In this document: positions 1 to 12,846 of the stretch, one piece after another | Layout: the number at the start of each line of letters is the position of its first letter | Numbering within the stretch: position 1 is the stretch's first letter | Assembly (NCBI RefSeq): GCF_016432865.1 | Contig: NC_067398.1 | Location: 318,804,001-318,868,000 of the forward strand | Reading direction: 5' to 3' | Source: Antechinus flavipes | Lineage: Eukaryota | DNA length: 64,000 nucleotides | Made by a program: the position numbers and the translations under genes | The notes under the pieces: model-generated | The model's database searches: none | Seen by the model: only the letters and a program-made list of their open reading frames with translations | Told to the model about the DNA's origin: nothing

Positions 1-244
1 AATGATGAATTCTTAGCAGTGGATGGTCACCAAGCTGCCTAAGGAGAGGGTATGGCAATCTGGTCCAGGTTGGAAATGGTGCAGGTTGAAGCTTTCGGGA
101 TGGTCAGTAGTGAAACTGACCTGAGAGGACTTCCATTCTGGGTAAGATAGGAAAATCCTATCTCACAAAAAATGAAGGAAGGAAAGAAACTTGAAGATTG
201 TTAACCATTGATTTTCACTTCAAGAGCATTACCATAAACAGGCT

Positions 245-445
245 TGGATTTGGTAATGGATTCATTAGACCTGGGTACAAATTCTGTAACTGTGTGAAAG
301 CCATTGAAATTTTATGTAACTAAATTCCTTTATCTATAAAATGGAGATAGCAATATTGATAGGACCCCACTCCCGAGACTGAGAAGATCAAATAAAATAA
401 TATATTTAAAAGCTATTTCAAACTTTAAAGCTCTCTATAAATGCC
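245..445 (+). mobile_element. MIR/CORE-SINE fragment
   Basis: Resembles MIR core and tail (ttcctttatctataaaatggagatagcaata...gaagatcaaataaaataatatat...aaagctctctataaatg). Ends approximate. Confidence 0.65.
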
Positions 446-1479
446 CTTTTTGAAAGTCCATTTTATTCTAGTAACCACTGTCCCAGTTATGAATTGGGCT
501 ACCTTAGTCTTCTTGCAATTAAATTTCTCCATCCTAGTTTTGAGTAGAAGAAATAGATAAACTTTGTCATCCACCTAATCCAGTTACTGTTCAGTTGACA
601 CTAAAGCCTTTGAGAACTATTTCTGAGTTAGGAGTTGGTAGCTCAGGTTAATTATAAATTCCCAGAGAAGGAAATTGGAAGGAGAATGGCAGATTTGAAA
701 AAGAGGGACCAGTTTTTTCTCATCCCTTTTTTTTTTTTTTTTGGTTCCTTTCCAAATATGTCCCTCTAATTGTGACTTTAGCAGCAGAATCAGGACAATA
801 TCAGGACTTCAGAGTATATCTTCTCCACTCAATCCCTCACTTCTCAATCTTCTACATTCTCATTTACCATTACCTTGAAGTAAAGGAATGCAAAGCCAAT
901 TTAATTTCAGCAGGTATTTCTTCTGATGTATCATGTGCATGAAATGAGAGGCATTGTTCCTATCCAATGTCAGCATCTTGATCAATGGTTTTCTTCTTTT
1001 CTTTTCTTTCATTTTCTTCTTTTGTTAAATCAGGTGATTCTGGCAGAAGATTTCATGAGAGTATTTTATATAGGAAGAATAAAGAACAGGAAGAAACTGT
1101 TTCCTTTTCTCTAATCTAAACCATCAGCATCAAAGAGAAGTTCATCTATTCAGGTCTTTGCCCTTCTGGTTTTCTTTCTGCTGTTCTATGAAGTGACCCA
1201 TATCTTGCCCCCTGAAAAAGACAATTCATAAGAAAGAAAAAACTCTTGTTCTTCGGGTGAGAGATTCATTGGTTGATTGCATCACGTTTTCCACCTGGGA
1301 GCAAATTTCCTCTCTGGGTTCCAGTGCCTGAAGAGACATTAGTTTGCTTTTCAATTTACTTGCTCATCCTACTGAATCCATTGCATAGCACTCTGGAATT
1401 GTAATAGTGCTAATACATAGCTTCACGTTTAGAATGTAAAGTACTATCCATCCTTAATAGTTTGGTTTAATAGTCATTC

Positions 1480-2150
1480 TCTTCTTCCCCTATAACTTCT
1501 TTAAAATTTTTTATTATGATTTTCAGGGAGTCTTATGACTTTTGAAATATTTAAAAATTAAATTAAAATCCACTTTCCTTCTCTTTAATCTCATCCCTTG
1601 CTCTGATTAAGAAAGAATGAAAAGCAAAATTCCAATTATAAACATGTATGGTCAATCTAAATAAATTCCTATTTTGGCCATGTCTGAAATATATATATAT
1701 ATATGACTGTATGTATGTCTCCATCTGTATAGTGAGTATCTCACCTTTCTACAAGAAGATGCTCCACATGAAACATCATTATCATCATCACTGGCTAAAA
1801 TTTAGATAGTCTTTTAAAGTTTTAATAAATTCCCACATTGACCATGTCAAATATATAAATATGCCTCAATTTACACTCTGAATTCATTACCTCTCATAGC
1901 TGGATGAATCTTTTGAAATTGTAGTTAGCCATTTTGTTGATCATATATCTTTCAAAAACTGATTGTACAATATTATTATTATTGTATAAATTGGTCTTCT
2001 GGTTCTATTCACTTTGTTCTGTATCAGTTGATACAGTTCTTCTCTGATTTCTCTGAAACTGTCTCCTTCTTTCTTTCTGATAGAATAATAGTATTCCATC
2101 ACATTCATATACCATAACTTGGTCTATTTTGCCAATCTGTTGACTTTGAA
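1480..2150 (-). mobile_element. Old L1 3' fragment (ORF2 end and 3' UTR)
   Basis: ctggttctattcactttgttctgtatcagtt and aataatagtattccatcacattcatataccataactt match the antisense L1 ORF2 3' end seen in other copies in this window. Ends approximate. Confidence 0.7.
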
Positions 2151-2414
2151 GCCTCAGGTCATATCCCAAGACCAAGGTGCAGGTGAATTGCCAATTATCA
2201 TCATTTGAAGAATATAATAAATTCCAGTTCCTGATAAAGTGACAAGTAAGACCCACATTAATCTTCTAGAATCCTAACCATTGCTTTTAAAAGCATATTA
2301 AATATATGCTATATAATGGCAATACTTTAAAAAACACTTTGGTAATAAAATATTGATTTATGGATAAGGACCTTTATATAAAATTCAGAGGAAAAACTGA
2401 ATATGACTTTATAA

Positions 2415-2648
2415 CAAGAGTTTTTAACTTGGGGTACATACAAGCCCTCTCCCTAACAAGAAGGATCCATGATTTTGGATGGGGGAAATTTATTTATTTT
2501 TCACTAACCTTAGTTTTTTTTTTTTTTTTTTTGGTAAACCTACATATTTTATTTTATGCATCCAAAATATTATTTTTGGAAGGGTCCATAGGTTTCATCA
2601 GATTCTGCAAAATGGGTTCATGATACCAAAAAAAAGTTAAAAATCCTG
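2415..2648. mobile_element. hAT-Charlie-type non-autonomous DNA transposon (MITE)
   Basis: Termini caagagtttttaacttgggg and gttaaaaatcctg are degenerate hAT-Charlie TIRs. Internal tttcatcagattctgcaaaatgggttcatga is Charlie-like. 8-bp TSD ctttataa (2407-2414) / ctttacaa (2649-2656), 7/8 match. Confidence 0.8.
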
Positions 2649-3953
2649 CTTTACAAGAAAAGACTTCAGGAAGAGCACTAAACCATACTTAGATTATAGG
2701 CGCAAGTGGCAGCTGTGAGATTATTCAATATGTATAGCATGTATTAAGTCCTGTGCCGGCAATCATTTTCCGTACAGCAAGTCCTCTTGAACAATCAGTC
2801 AGCTTGATCTTAAATAAAGGTGAACCTTCTTTCAAAGTTTCAGGTTGCTTAAAATTCCTGCTTAATACTGTCCCTTTTCACCTCCTTCTGCTGTTATCAG
2901 GAGCTTTGGGTCTGGCTGGCTTTCATCTCAACCAGCTGTCTACTAAGATCAGCAAACAAGAGTTCCTGATCCCAGCTAATGGGTGGGGATATCTCTGATT
3001 CTGTTGCCAGGGAAACCAGCGTCAGATGGGTGCAAAACAGGTTAAGGGTTTCAAGCATCCTTTCTTTCTTTTTTTTTTTTTCCTTTTTTTTAATTTTAAA
3101 GGAAAAAAAAATCCCTCAACTTTTCTTTTTCTTTTTTCCTTTCTTCCTGCCCCCCCTCTTCCCCCACCAATCTAATGCCAATTTCCATGGAAACAGGATC
3201 AGAAAGGCCACTGGCAGTCAGGAACCGAAAGTAAACTCACATGTGTCTGTAGGCTGTTGCCTGTCTTTTGATATCGGTAAATGCCAGTTAATACAATCCT
3301 ACTCCAGATCATAGGCTTGGCAGTACCTTCATTTATTTAAAGGAAGGACTAGATAGATTAATTGGGCAAACTTTTGAGATAGGTTTTGTGTATTAACAAT
3401 AATCAATCAATGAATATTTATTAAGATTCTTCCATGGGACACGAAAGCTACTAAGACACAGTTCATGACCAGTGGGAAGAAAAAAAACTTTGCTGGAAGT
3501 CTAGATATAGTGGGAAAAAGGAAAGAGGAAGAAAGGAGAACAAAGAGAAGAGGAACTTTACTGACAGACTAAAAATCTTATATAGGATTTGTACTAATAT
3601 ACAAAAGATTACAAAAATAATCTGCCAGGTATATAACAAAACATGGAATAGGAAAATAATAACAAGTTATTTTTAAAGAATATATAAAAATAAAAAACTG
3701 AAGAATATAGTAAAAACAAATCAAATTCCATCTAACAACATGTCATCATTATAATTCATATTGCAATAAATACCAGCAAAATGCAACTTTGCAAATTGCA
3801 ACTTTTCAAAAATTGCAATACTGCTATAAATGTAATATTTAATTTAACAAGTTACAAAATGCAATCCCCCCAGAATGTAAAATTTTATAATTTTGAATTA
3901 AGATATTAATTATTTGAAAACTAAAGAAGAATTCAGTAAGAAGTATTTAAAAT

Positions 3954-4120
3954 GGGGCAGCTAGCTGATGCAGTGGATAGAGCACCAGCACTGAAGTCAG
4001 AAGAATCTTACTGGTTCTGATTTGGTCTCAGACACTTAATACTTCATAGCTGTGTGACCATGGCAAGTCACTTAACTCCAATTGCCTCAGCAAAAAAAAA
4101 AAAAATAATAAAAATAAAAT
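3954..4120 (+). mobile_element. WSINE1-type tRNA-derived SINE
   Basis: ggggcagctagctgatgcagtggatagagcaccagcactgaagtcag...gcaagtcacttaactccaattgcctcagc followed by an A-rich tail. Confidence 0.9.
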
Positions 4121-4999
4121 AATTTATTTTTTTTGATAAAAATAGGTAGGTGAGCCCTTTAATCTTTTTAATGAAAGAATAATTAAGAATTTTAATGTGG
4201 ATATATATATGTGTGTGTGTATATATTTAATAAAATTATATATCCTAAATTCCCCAAATGAAACTTTATTCATAAAAAGCTAAAATTTTAAACAATTTAG
4301 GAAAGTTGCAACTCTTCTTACTTAAGATGAGTCAGCACTGTTATATTGTCAAATTACAGAAGAGAGTAAAAAATATTCAGAAATGCTTAGTTCATAATAC
4401 AAGTTCTCAAGTAATTATTTAGAATTGTGTATTCTCTGAAAAATATACATGCATAATATAGTCACAAATTACATTAAAATATAATTGTATTCTGCTCTTA
4501 CTATGTAAATAATTGATTAGAATCTATATTGGTGAACAACTAGAAGAATTTTGTATATTTTCTTTGAAATTAACTATTTTTTATGATTGTCAAACATAAC
4601 TCATGAATAATAATATTACTGAGAAAGCCAAAAATAATATTCAAAATAGTAGAGCTATGGACCTTTTTCTAAATTGTAAACTGATTTGATATTTTGTACT
4701 GGCTCCCCAGCTCTCATTAACCTAATGCCTATTGCCCAGAAAATATGGTGGCTACTCAGGATACCACAATATAAATGAAACAGTGACCTCAAGGAACTTG
4801 CATTCTATAGGGAGAGACAATATGTACATGCTTATATAGCAGGTCCATATGAAAAATAATAATAAGGCCATCTGGAAAGGGAAATACTAGCAGCTGAATC
4901 ATAAAAGACTTCATGACAAGTTTCACCAAATAAAAGGAATCTAATTATAGAGGGAAAAGGGTCCAAACTTTTGTCTCCTTCCATGACTTAATTTATTAG

Positions 5000-5270
5000 T
5001 TGTGAAATAATAAAAGCTGACATTTAAATAGCACTTTATAGTTTACAAGGCATTCTGATACATATAATTTCATTTAATTCTTACAAAATCATTTTATTTA
5101 GTAAGTATTACAGCTATGGCTATCCCCATTGCATAGATAAAGAAACTAATATTTAAAGGAGGTTAAGTGTCTCTCTAATTTCCAGATTCATAACTAGAAG
5201 TGGTCTTATCATTTAAAAGATCTTTCTGATTTGGAGTGATAGCTCAGGTTTCAGATGTTTTGACTTTCTA
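5000..5270 (-). mobile_element. MIR fragment
   Basis: gcactttatagtttacaagg...ccccattgcatagataaagaaact...ggttaagtg is antisense MIR core. Ends approximate. Confidence 0.6.
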
Positions 5271-5554
5271 TCAAGGATGTAGTCCTGTGGTATGTAATGT
5301 TTAGAAATCTAAATCTTACACAGCTGAATAATTGAAAAGCTATATGATGCTAACAGCATGTGCGACAACACATCTTGTTCCCTTGGCATAATCTTTGTGG
5401 TAAGCTCATTCACAGATACTTGAGTTTCCAAAAAGAGTGGTGTTTTATATCTCAACACCCCTGGCATTATTCCTTGGTAAAGGAGTAAAACCATATAGGA
5501 TTCAATTAAATATCTTAACCATTTTTAAAGTTACATGCACACTACACATGGCTC

Positions 5555-5805
5555 ATAGTTGTTATTACTGAGTTGTATTCAATTTCTTGTGACTCCAGTT
5601 GGGGTTTTCTTAGCAGATTTATTGGAGTAGGTTTGCCATTTCCTTAATCCAGCTTACTTTACGGCTGAAGAAACTGAAGCAAATAGTTAAGTGACTTGCT
5701 CAAGATCACACTGCTAGTAAGTGTCTGGGGCTGGATTTGAACCCAGATCTCTCTGACTCCAGACCCAGCACTCCATCCACAGCACCACCTATCTTCCCTT
5801 CATGG
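5555..5805 (-). mobile_element. Mar1-type CORE-SINE (RTE/Bov-B-like tail)
   Basis: ttggggttttcttagcagatttattggagtaggtttgccatttcc (RTE-like tail) joined to CORE gaaactgaagcaaatagttaagtgacttgctcaagatcacac and head atttgaacccag...ccacagcaccacct. Confidence 0.8.
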
Positions 5806-6799
5806 TTTACTTACAAATGATCAAATTTCACCCCCAATTTTTTTTTTAAGATTTACTATGAAATTTGAAGGGTTTAAAGGACCAGCTTACCAATATATGC
5901 TCTGTACTTAGCGATCAATTAAAAAACAGATATTTTTCCTTCTTTGTTAGAAAGTAGTTTTCCTTTCATGGTTTTTCCATAGTTGACATTTCATATGAAT
6001 TTTGTTATATTCTTCTGGAATTTCAAACTACTCTTGCCTGTGACCAGAAAACTTCAAAAATTTCAAATCTTGAATTTGGCAATATTTGGAATCTTCTAAA
6101 TCACTTTAATGATTACACTGTGTGAGTGCAGGAAAGGCCCCTTCACTCTATAATGAAAGATAGGGGAAGCAGTGGGAAATTTGGGCAAATGACAGATAAT
6201 TCTGGACTAAATTCTAGCTTCAGTTCTGATCTCTATGGAACTTTCTTGCTAATCTTAATAAGGAATAATGGTTTATAAGCAACCATTTCTGGTATGAATA
6301 TTATTCAAAATATGGTAATTAAAAATTTAAAAGTATCATATAGTCAGAGATAGAACTTGAACCCAAACTTCTTTCTCTTGAGCCAGTGTGGTTTACAATG
6401 AACCAAGATAACATCATGAAATAGACTTTAGTAAAAATTGTTCTTATTATATAAAAAAACATATGTATCCCAAAATCACAAGTGACAGATTGAATTTGAC
6501 CAACATTAAATATCCAGTAGATATAGGGTACTATCCCAGGTGTTGAAGATACAAAAAGCAGAACTAAAACAGTTTGTACCTTCAAAGACTTTACATTTTT
6601 TTAAAAAATATTGTTTTTGTTTTTATTTTTTATCCTACCGGAAAAGCAATTGCTTTCTTTGGGACATTATCAGTATATTTTATAATATGAATAATTTGGT
6701 TTATCAAATATATCTTGAAGATCACTGTCTTTCAGTTTCATGGTGTTGATTTTAGACTGAAATTAAGCATTTATGACGTTGGGTGTATGTACAACTTAT

Positions 6800-8080
6800 A
6801 ATTTTTCTATAATTCCTTTTGATTTAAACCAAACTTATCTCTTTTCTTCATTTTTAAATATATATTTTCAATTAATAAGAAATGTTTCTTTTCTAGCCCC
6901 TACCCATTGAGGAGAAATTAAAATGCTTGTAATGAATAATTATAGTCAAGCAAAACAGAAGCTGAGATCATGTGAATACTCGTTTTCTGGAAGCAGAAAC
7001 ATTTCATATCTCTTATTTTTAAATTTAATTCTTCATAAGTCTTTCCAAGTTAGTTGTCTTTTTAGTATTGTTGTTACTATATAAATTAATCTCTTTGTTC
7101 TGCTCACTTCACTCTGCATCCATTTATACAAGACTGTTTAGGTTTCCCTAAAACCATTTCTTTCCTCATTTCTTATAGCTCATTAATATTCCGTTACATT
7201 CATATGTTCAACCATTCTCCAATTGATAAAGACCCCATTGATTTCCAGTTTTTTGCCACTACAAAAAGAGCCACTATAAATATCTGTGTACCTCTGGTTT
7301 GTGTCTTCTTTCTTTGATTTCTTTGTGATATATGCTAGTAGTAACATCACTAGATCAAAGGGCATGTAACTATTTAGGACATAAATTATTTTCCAGAGTG
7401 GCTAGACCAATTCATAACTTTACAATAGTGTATTAATGTTACTATTCCCCACAGTCCCTGGAATATTTGTCATTGTTGTTATCAATCTGATAGATATGAT
7501 CAAAACTTCAGAGTTTCTGTAATTTGCATTTCTCTAATTATTAGTGATTTGGAGCATTTTTATGTGATTGTTGATAGTTTGGATCTCATAATTTTTAAAC
7601 TGCCTGTGCATATCCTTTTACCATTTATTTGTTGGAGAACTCATATGTTTAAGAAGAATTTGAATCAATTTCTTCTATATTTTGGAAATAAAATTCTTAT
7701 CTGAAAAACTTACTAGATTTTTTTTTTCTTACTATATTTCCCCCCAGTCACCTGTTTTCCTTCTAATTTTAACGGAATCATTTTCATTTAAAAAACTTTT
7801 GATTTTATGCCATCAAAATTTCCCATTTAATTTTGATCTCGAGGCATCTCGATGGTGCAGTGGATAAAACATTGACCCTGGAGTCAGGAGAACCTCACAT
7901 CATAGCTGTGTGACCCTGAGTAAATCACTTAACCCAATTGCTTCACCAATAAATAAATAAATAAAATAATCTTAATCTCTATCCCTTTTTTGGTCATAAA
8001 TTATTCCCCTATCCATTTACCTGAAAATTTTTCCTTGCTCCTGTAATTTTTGAATAATGTCACTCAATGTTTAAAGTACT
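6800..8080 (-). mobile_element. Old L1 3' fragment interrupted by a WSINE1
   Basis: tctgctcacttcactctgcatc, ttccagttttttgccactacaaaaagagcc and gtaatttgcatttctctaattattagtgatttggagc match antisense L1 ORF2. Ends approximate. Confidence 0.8.
7841..7966 (+). mobile_element. WSINE1-type SINE with internal deletion, nested in L1
   Basis: gaggcatctcgatggtgcagtggataaaac...gagtcaggagaacct joined directly to catagctgtgtgaccctgagtaaatcacttaacccaattgc, then an (AATA)n tail. Confidence 0.85.
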
Positions 8081-8404
8081 TGCTTTTGTAAACCCTGATA
8101 AATCACAACTTTCCAGGCCTCACTAGAATAGCTGAGGAGATGAATACAAGTGAGTGAAAATATAGAACTGACAAATTGGGAGAGCACTGGGAATAGCAAT
8201 ACAGATCTTGAGATTTAACAACATAATAAATCATACAGTAGCTTGCAAACAAAGGACATTTAACAAATGCTTGTTGGTGGATAACCTTTCTGAGGGCATT
8301 AGTATAGAAATGAATTGAAATCTCAAATTTAGACAACACTAATAGTTAGGGACTAGAAAGAGGAAGAACATCCTGAAAAAATAGACAAAAAAGGTATTAC
8401 ATTT

Positions 8405-8590
8405 ATGATAGAATCATAGTTGCTTTAAAAATAGAAGGAACTTTAGATGCTATCTAGTCCAATCTCTTCATTTTTAAAGATGAGGGACTGGGACATGAAC
8501 AAATTGAATGACTAGACAAGGTCACAAGGTAATAATTAGGAGGGAGGGGTAGGGTTTGAACTCAGGACTTCTGACTTAATCCAGTAACCT
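8405..8590 (-). mobile_element. MIR3/Ther-2-type CORE-SINE
   Basis: atagaatcatag...gaaggaactttagatgctatctagtccaatctcttcattttt is the antisense L3-derived tail plus core. Confidence 0.65.
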
Positions 8591-8679
8591 GCCCAATGTA
8601 CTCTGCTAACTCTCAATATTTCTACTGATTATTTAACTTTTCCGTGATCCTCCTGAACTTAGTGCTAGTTGGGATTTTT

Positions 8680-8780
8680 TAAAATGGCAAACCACTTTAG
8701 TATCTTTGCTTAAAAAAAAAATCCAAATGGGGTCAGGAAGAGTTAGACACAGTTGAAATGACAAAACAACAAATAAAAAT
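8680..8780 (+). mobile_element. Mar1/RTE-type SINE tail
   Basis: aatggcaaaccactttagtatctttgc...ccaaatggggtcaggaagagttagacacagttgaaatgacaaaacaac. Confidence 0.75.
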
Positions 8781-10012
8781 CAAAACGAATTAAAATTAAT
8801 TTAGTTTTGCAATTCTACTTGAGATAACCCCAAGCTTTCACAAAACAAGATTAGGAATTAATGATGATCTCAACCATTTAAAAAATAATTAACAAAAAAG
8901 AATTTATTAAATGCTTACTATAGGCCAGCTCTGAAAATATGGATACAAAGGCAAAGGCAGAGTCTGCCTTTTAGAAGGTTGCATTTATTGTAATGGTGTA
9001 AACAACACAAATGGCCAGAGAGAGACTCTTTGGTTCAGAAATCTACAGTAAAAACAACTGTAGCCATGAGGGAGTAGATTGATACACCCAATCTAGGAAT
9101 AATTACAAGAGTTGATTTCATCAAGGTTCATGAGAATAGGGAATGTAGTGAAACATAGTGGCTTTCCTGAAATAATGATATGGGAAATAGTCATCAATCA
9201 AAATAGCTGGGACTAAAGCCAAAGCTTCTCCAGGCAAGCCAGACAGTTGGCAAGGAGGAGATGGCCAGAAAGTAGGGAGTTACTAAATGAAACTTCATTT
9301 ATTTGGAATAAAGATATATGTGCCAAGGAAACAGAGAGGGTGGGGGGAGGAGAGAATTTGGAGATGAAACAAGCCCAAATAATTGAGAACATAAAATTGC
9401 CTATTTAAAAAAACATCATTTTATTATTTTTGGATGCTACACAGAATAAGCTGTTAATTACTTCATGAAGGCTACTAATAAATAGAATAAGAAGAGTTAA
9501 TGAAAAATTAAAATCATAAATAAGACCTTGTTACTATTTAGATTCATTTTAAATAAATATGAATTAAGAATTTTGTATCTGAATTTTTATAAATCTCAAA
9601 TTAAAAAACATTAAATGAATAAGTTTAGTTTAGACACAGTATCTGAAGTACAGATACACACCTATTGCTTTGTCTGTCATGGCACCATGAACCTTTGGAG
9701 AATATTTCTGCCTCTACCACAGAAAGTCTTGTTTACATTATAATCACACACAAAAAAGCTGCATTGATTAGCAACTGAAGTTCCAGGTTTCATTCAAACA
9801 TGTTGATATTCAATCTTGATCCATATATCAATTAGATTATCAACAAACATTTATCAGATATCTATTATGTGAACTGAAAAGCTAAATGCTGTGTAATATG
9901 AAGATAAACTATTTAATTTACTTGGAATCAGAAGGCCTAGGTTCAAGTCCCAGATTTGTCATTTGCTATTTAGATGACCTAAAGTAAGTAATTAAATTTT
10001 AAAAATAATTTA

Positions 10013-10970
10013 TTATCTATTTATTTTTTAATGTTCTTAAATTTTTTATGAGTTCTGAATTTTCTCCCCTACTCCTGTCTCTCTGTTATCCAGTGAATAG
10101 TATGATATCCAGCAAATAATATGATATCAATTATAAATATGAAATCATGCAAAACATTTTTTCTTATTAGCCATTTTGCAAAAGAAAACATTAAAAAACA
10201 AGAAAAATAAAGGTTGTTTTTTTTTTTTTTTAAAGCATGCTCAATTTGCATTTAGACTTTATCAGTTGTTTCTTTAGAGACACATTTTTTCATCATGGGT
10301 CCTTTGGAATTTTCTTGGTTCATTGCCTTGATCAGAGCAATGTCTTTCACAGTTGATCATCAATACCATATTACTGTTACTGTGTAGGAGAATGTTCTCC
10401 TGGTTCTGCTCACTTCCCTTTGCTTTGGCTCATTTAAGTTTTTCCATGTCTTTTTCTAAGACTATCCCCCCCTCATTATTATAGCACAATAGCACTTTAT
10501 CACAATCATAAGCCACAATTTGTTCAGCTATTCCTCAATTGATGAATGTCCCCTAAATTTCTAAATCTTTGCTGCAAAAAAAAGAGCTACTATAATTATT
10601 TTTGTACACAAAGGTCTTTTTCCTTTTTCTTTGATCACTTTGGGGGACAGATCTAGTAGTAGTATTGCTGACTCAAAGGGGAGCACAGTTTATGGCTCTT
10701 TTGGCATTATTCCAAATTGCTCTCTAGAACAGCTGGACTAGTTCACAACTCTACCCACAGTTCATTAATGTATCTCTTTTCTATTATTCCCTTTAATTTT
10801 TATCACTTCTAATAGATGTGAGATGGTATCTGAGAATTGTTTTATTTTGCATTTCTCTAACATTAGTGATTTAGAGCATTTTTTCATATGACCATTGATA
10901 TCTTTGATTTCTTCTTCTAAAAACTGCCTGCTTATATCTTTTGACCATATATCACTTGAAGAATGGGAGT
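10013..10970 (-). mobile_element. 5'-truncated L1 (older subfamily)
   Basis: Antisense ORF2 end and 3' UTR. Possible TSD aaataattta at 10003-10012 and 10971-10980, which is low complexity and therefore weak. Confidence 0.8.
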
Positions 10971-11023
10971 AAATAATTTAATCGAACAATCAATAAACAT
11001 TTAATAAGTGGTAGACATCTATT

Positions 11024-11178
11024 TGGGCAGCTAGTTCATACAGTAGATAAAGTACTAAGTCTGGAATCAGGAAGACTCACCTTCCTGAGTTCAAATTTGG
11101 CTTCAGGCACTTACTAGCTGGGTGATCCTGGGCAAGTTACTTAACCCTGTTTGCACATGACTAAAAACAACTATAAAC
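11024..11178 (+). mobile_element. Mar1-type CORE-SINE, internally deleted
   Basis: gggcagctagttcatacagtagataaag...ggaagactcaccttcctgagttcaaatttggc...gggcaagttacttaaccctgtttgc, then the short tail atgactaaaaacaac. Confidence 0.7.
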
Positions 11179-11270
11179 AAAGAAAATCTACTTGGCATTG
11201 TGATAAATGCTGAAGATACAAAGAAAAAAACAAAAACAAGAATGTCTCTACCCTAAAGAAGTTTTCATTT

Positions 11271-12846
11271 AAAAATATTATTTTTAAAATAATAACTTTT
11301 TATTTTCAAAATATATGCAAAAATATTTCTCAACACTTACCCTTGCCAAACCTTGTGTTTCAAATTTTTCCTCCCTCCTTTCCCCTCACTCTCTCCCCTC
11401 CACTGTAAGTAATCCAATATATGTTAAACATGTGCAATTCTTCTATACATATTTCCATACTTATCATGCTGTACAAGAAAAATCAGATCAAAAGGAAAAA
11501 AATGAGAAAGAAAACAAAAATCAAGCAAACAACAAAGTGAAACAAGCAAACAAAAGTGAAAATATTGTATTGTGATCCACACTCAGTCCCAGCAATCCTC
11601 TTTCTGGGTGCTGATGGCTCTCTCCATCACAATTCTATTGGAACTGTTGAATCACTTCTCTGTTGAAAAAAGCCAAGTCCGTCAGAATTGGTTATCACAA
11701 AATCTTGTTGTTGTATTTTGTGTTCTCTTGGTTCTACTCATTTCACTCAGCATCAGTTCATGTAAGTTTCTCTAGGTCTCTCTGAAATCATCCTGCTGGT
11801 CATTTTTTACAGAACAATAATATCCCATAATATTCATATACCATAACTTATTCAGCCGTTCCCCAACTGATGGGCATCCATTCAGTTTCCAGTTCCTTGC
11901 CACTACAAACAGGGCTGCCACAAACATTCTTGCACATGTAGGTCCCTTTCTTTCTTTTAAGATCTCTTTGGGATATAAGCTCAGTAGAAACACTATTGGA
12001 TCAAAGGGTATGCACAGTTTGATAGCCCTTTGGGCATAGTTCCATATTGCTCTACAGATTAGTTGGATCAGATCACAACTCCACCAACAATGTATTTTTC
12101 CCATATCACTTCCAGCATTTATCATTATCTTTTCCTGTCATTTTAGCCAATCTAAGAAGTGTGTAGTGGTACCTCAGAGTTGTCTTTATTTGCATTTTTC
12201 TGATCAATGGTGATTTAGAGCTTTTTTTATATGACTAGAAATTGTTTTAATTTCTTCATCTGAAAATTGCTCATATCCTTTGACCATTTACCATTTGGAG
12301 AATGGCTTGTATTCTTATATATTTGAAGCAATTTTCTATATATTTTAGAAACCCTTTATCACAACCCTTGTATGTAAATTTTCCCCAATTTTCTGCTTCC
12401 CTTCTATTCTTGTCTTTATTGGTTTTGTTTATCCAAAAACTTTTTAACTTAATATAATCAAGATTATCCATTTTACATTTCATAATGCACTCATATTCTT
12501 CTTTGACCACATATTGCTTCCTTCTTCACAGATCTGAGAAGTAAATATCCTTTATTCTTCTAATTTGTTTATATTATCACTTTATGTCCAAATCATGAAC
12601 TTATTTTGACCTTATCTTGGTATTGGGTGTTAGTTGTTGGTCAATGCTTAATTCCTGTCATACTATTTTCTAATTTTCCCAGCAGTTTGTCAAATAGTGA
12701 GTTCTTATCCCAAAAGCTGCGGTCTTTGAGTTTGTCAAATACTAGATTACTGTAGTCATTAACTATTGTGTTTTGTGAACCTAACCTATTCCACTGATCA
12801 ATTACTTTTATTTCTTTGCCAGTACCAAATAATTTTGATGACTTCT
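11271..12846 (-). mobile_element. 5'-truncated L1 with ORF2 C-terminal remnants, inserted in an L2
   Basis: ORFs 11772-12125 (..KLCIPFDPIVFLLSLYPKE..MFVAALFVVARNWKLNGCPS..) and 12271-12510 (..LDYIKLKSF..) are L1 ORF2 pieces. TSD gaagttttcattt (11258-11270) / gaagctttcattt (12847-12859). Confidence 0.92.

Noticed and set aside
5324-5399. Exon-like segment cag|...|gtaagc
   Set aside because: All three frames contain stops immediately after the acceptor, and the acceptor is weak.
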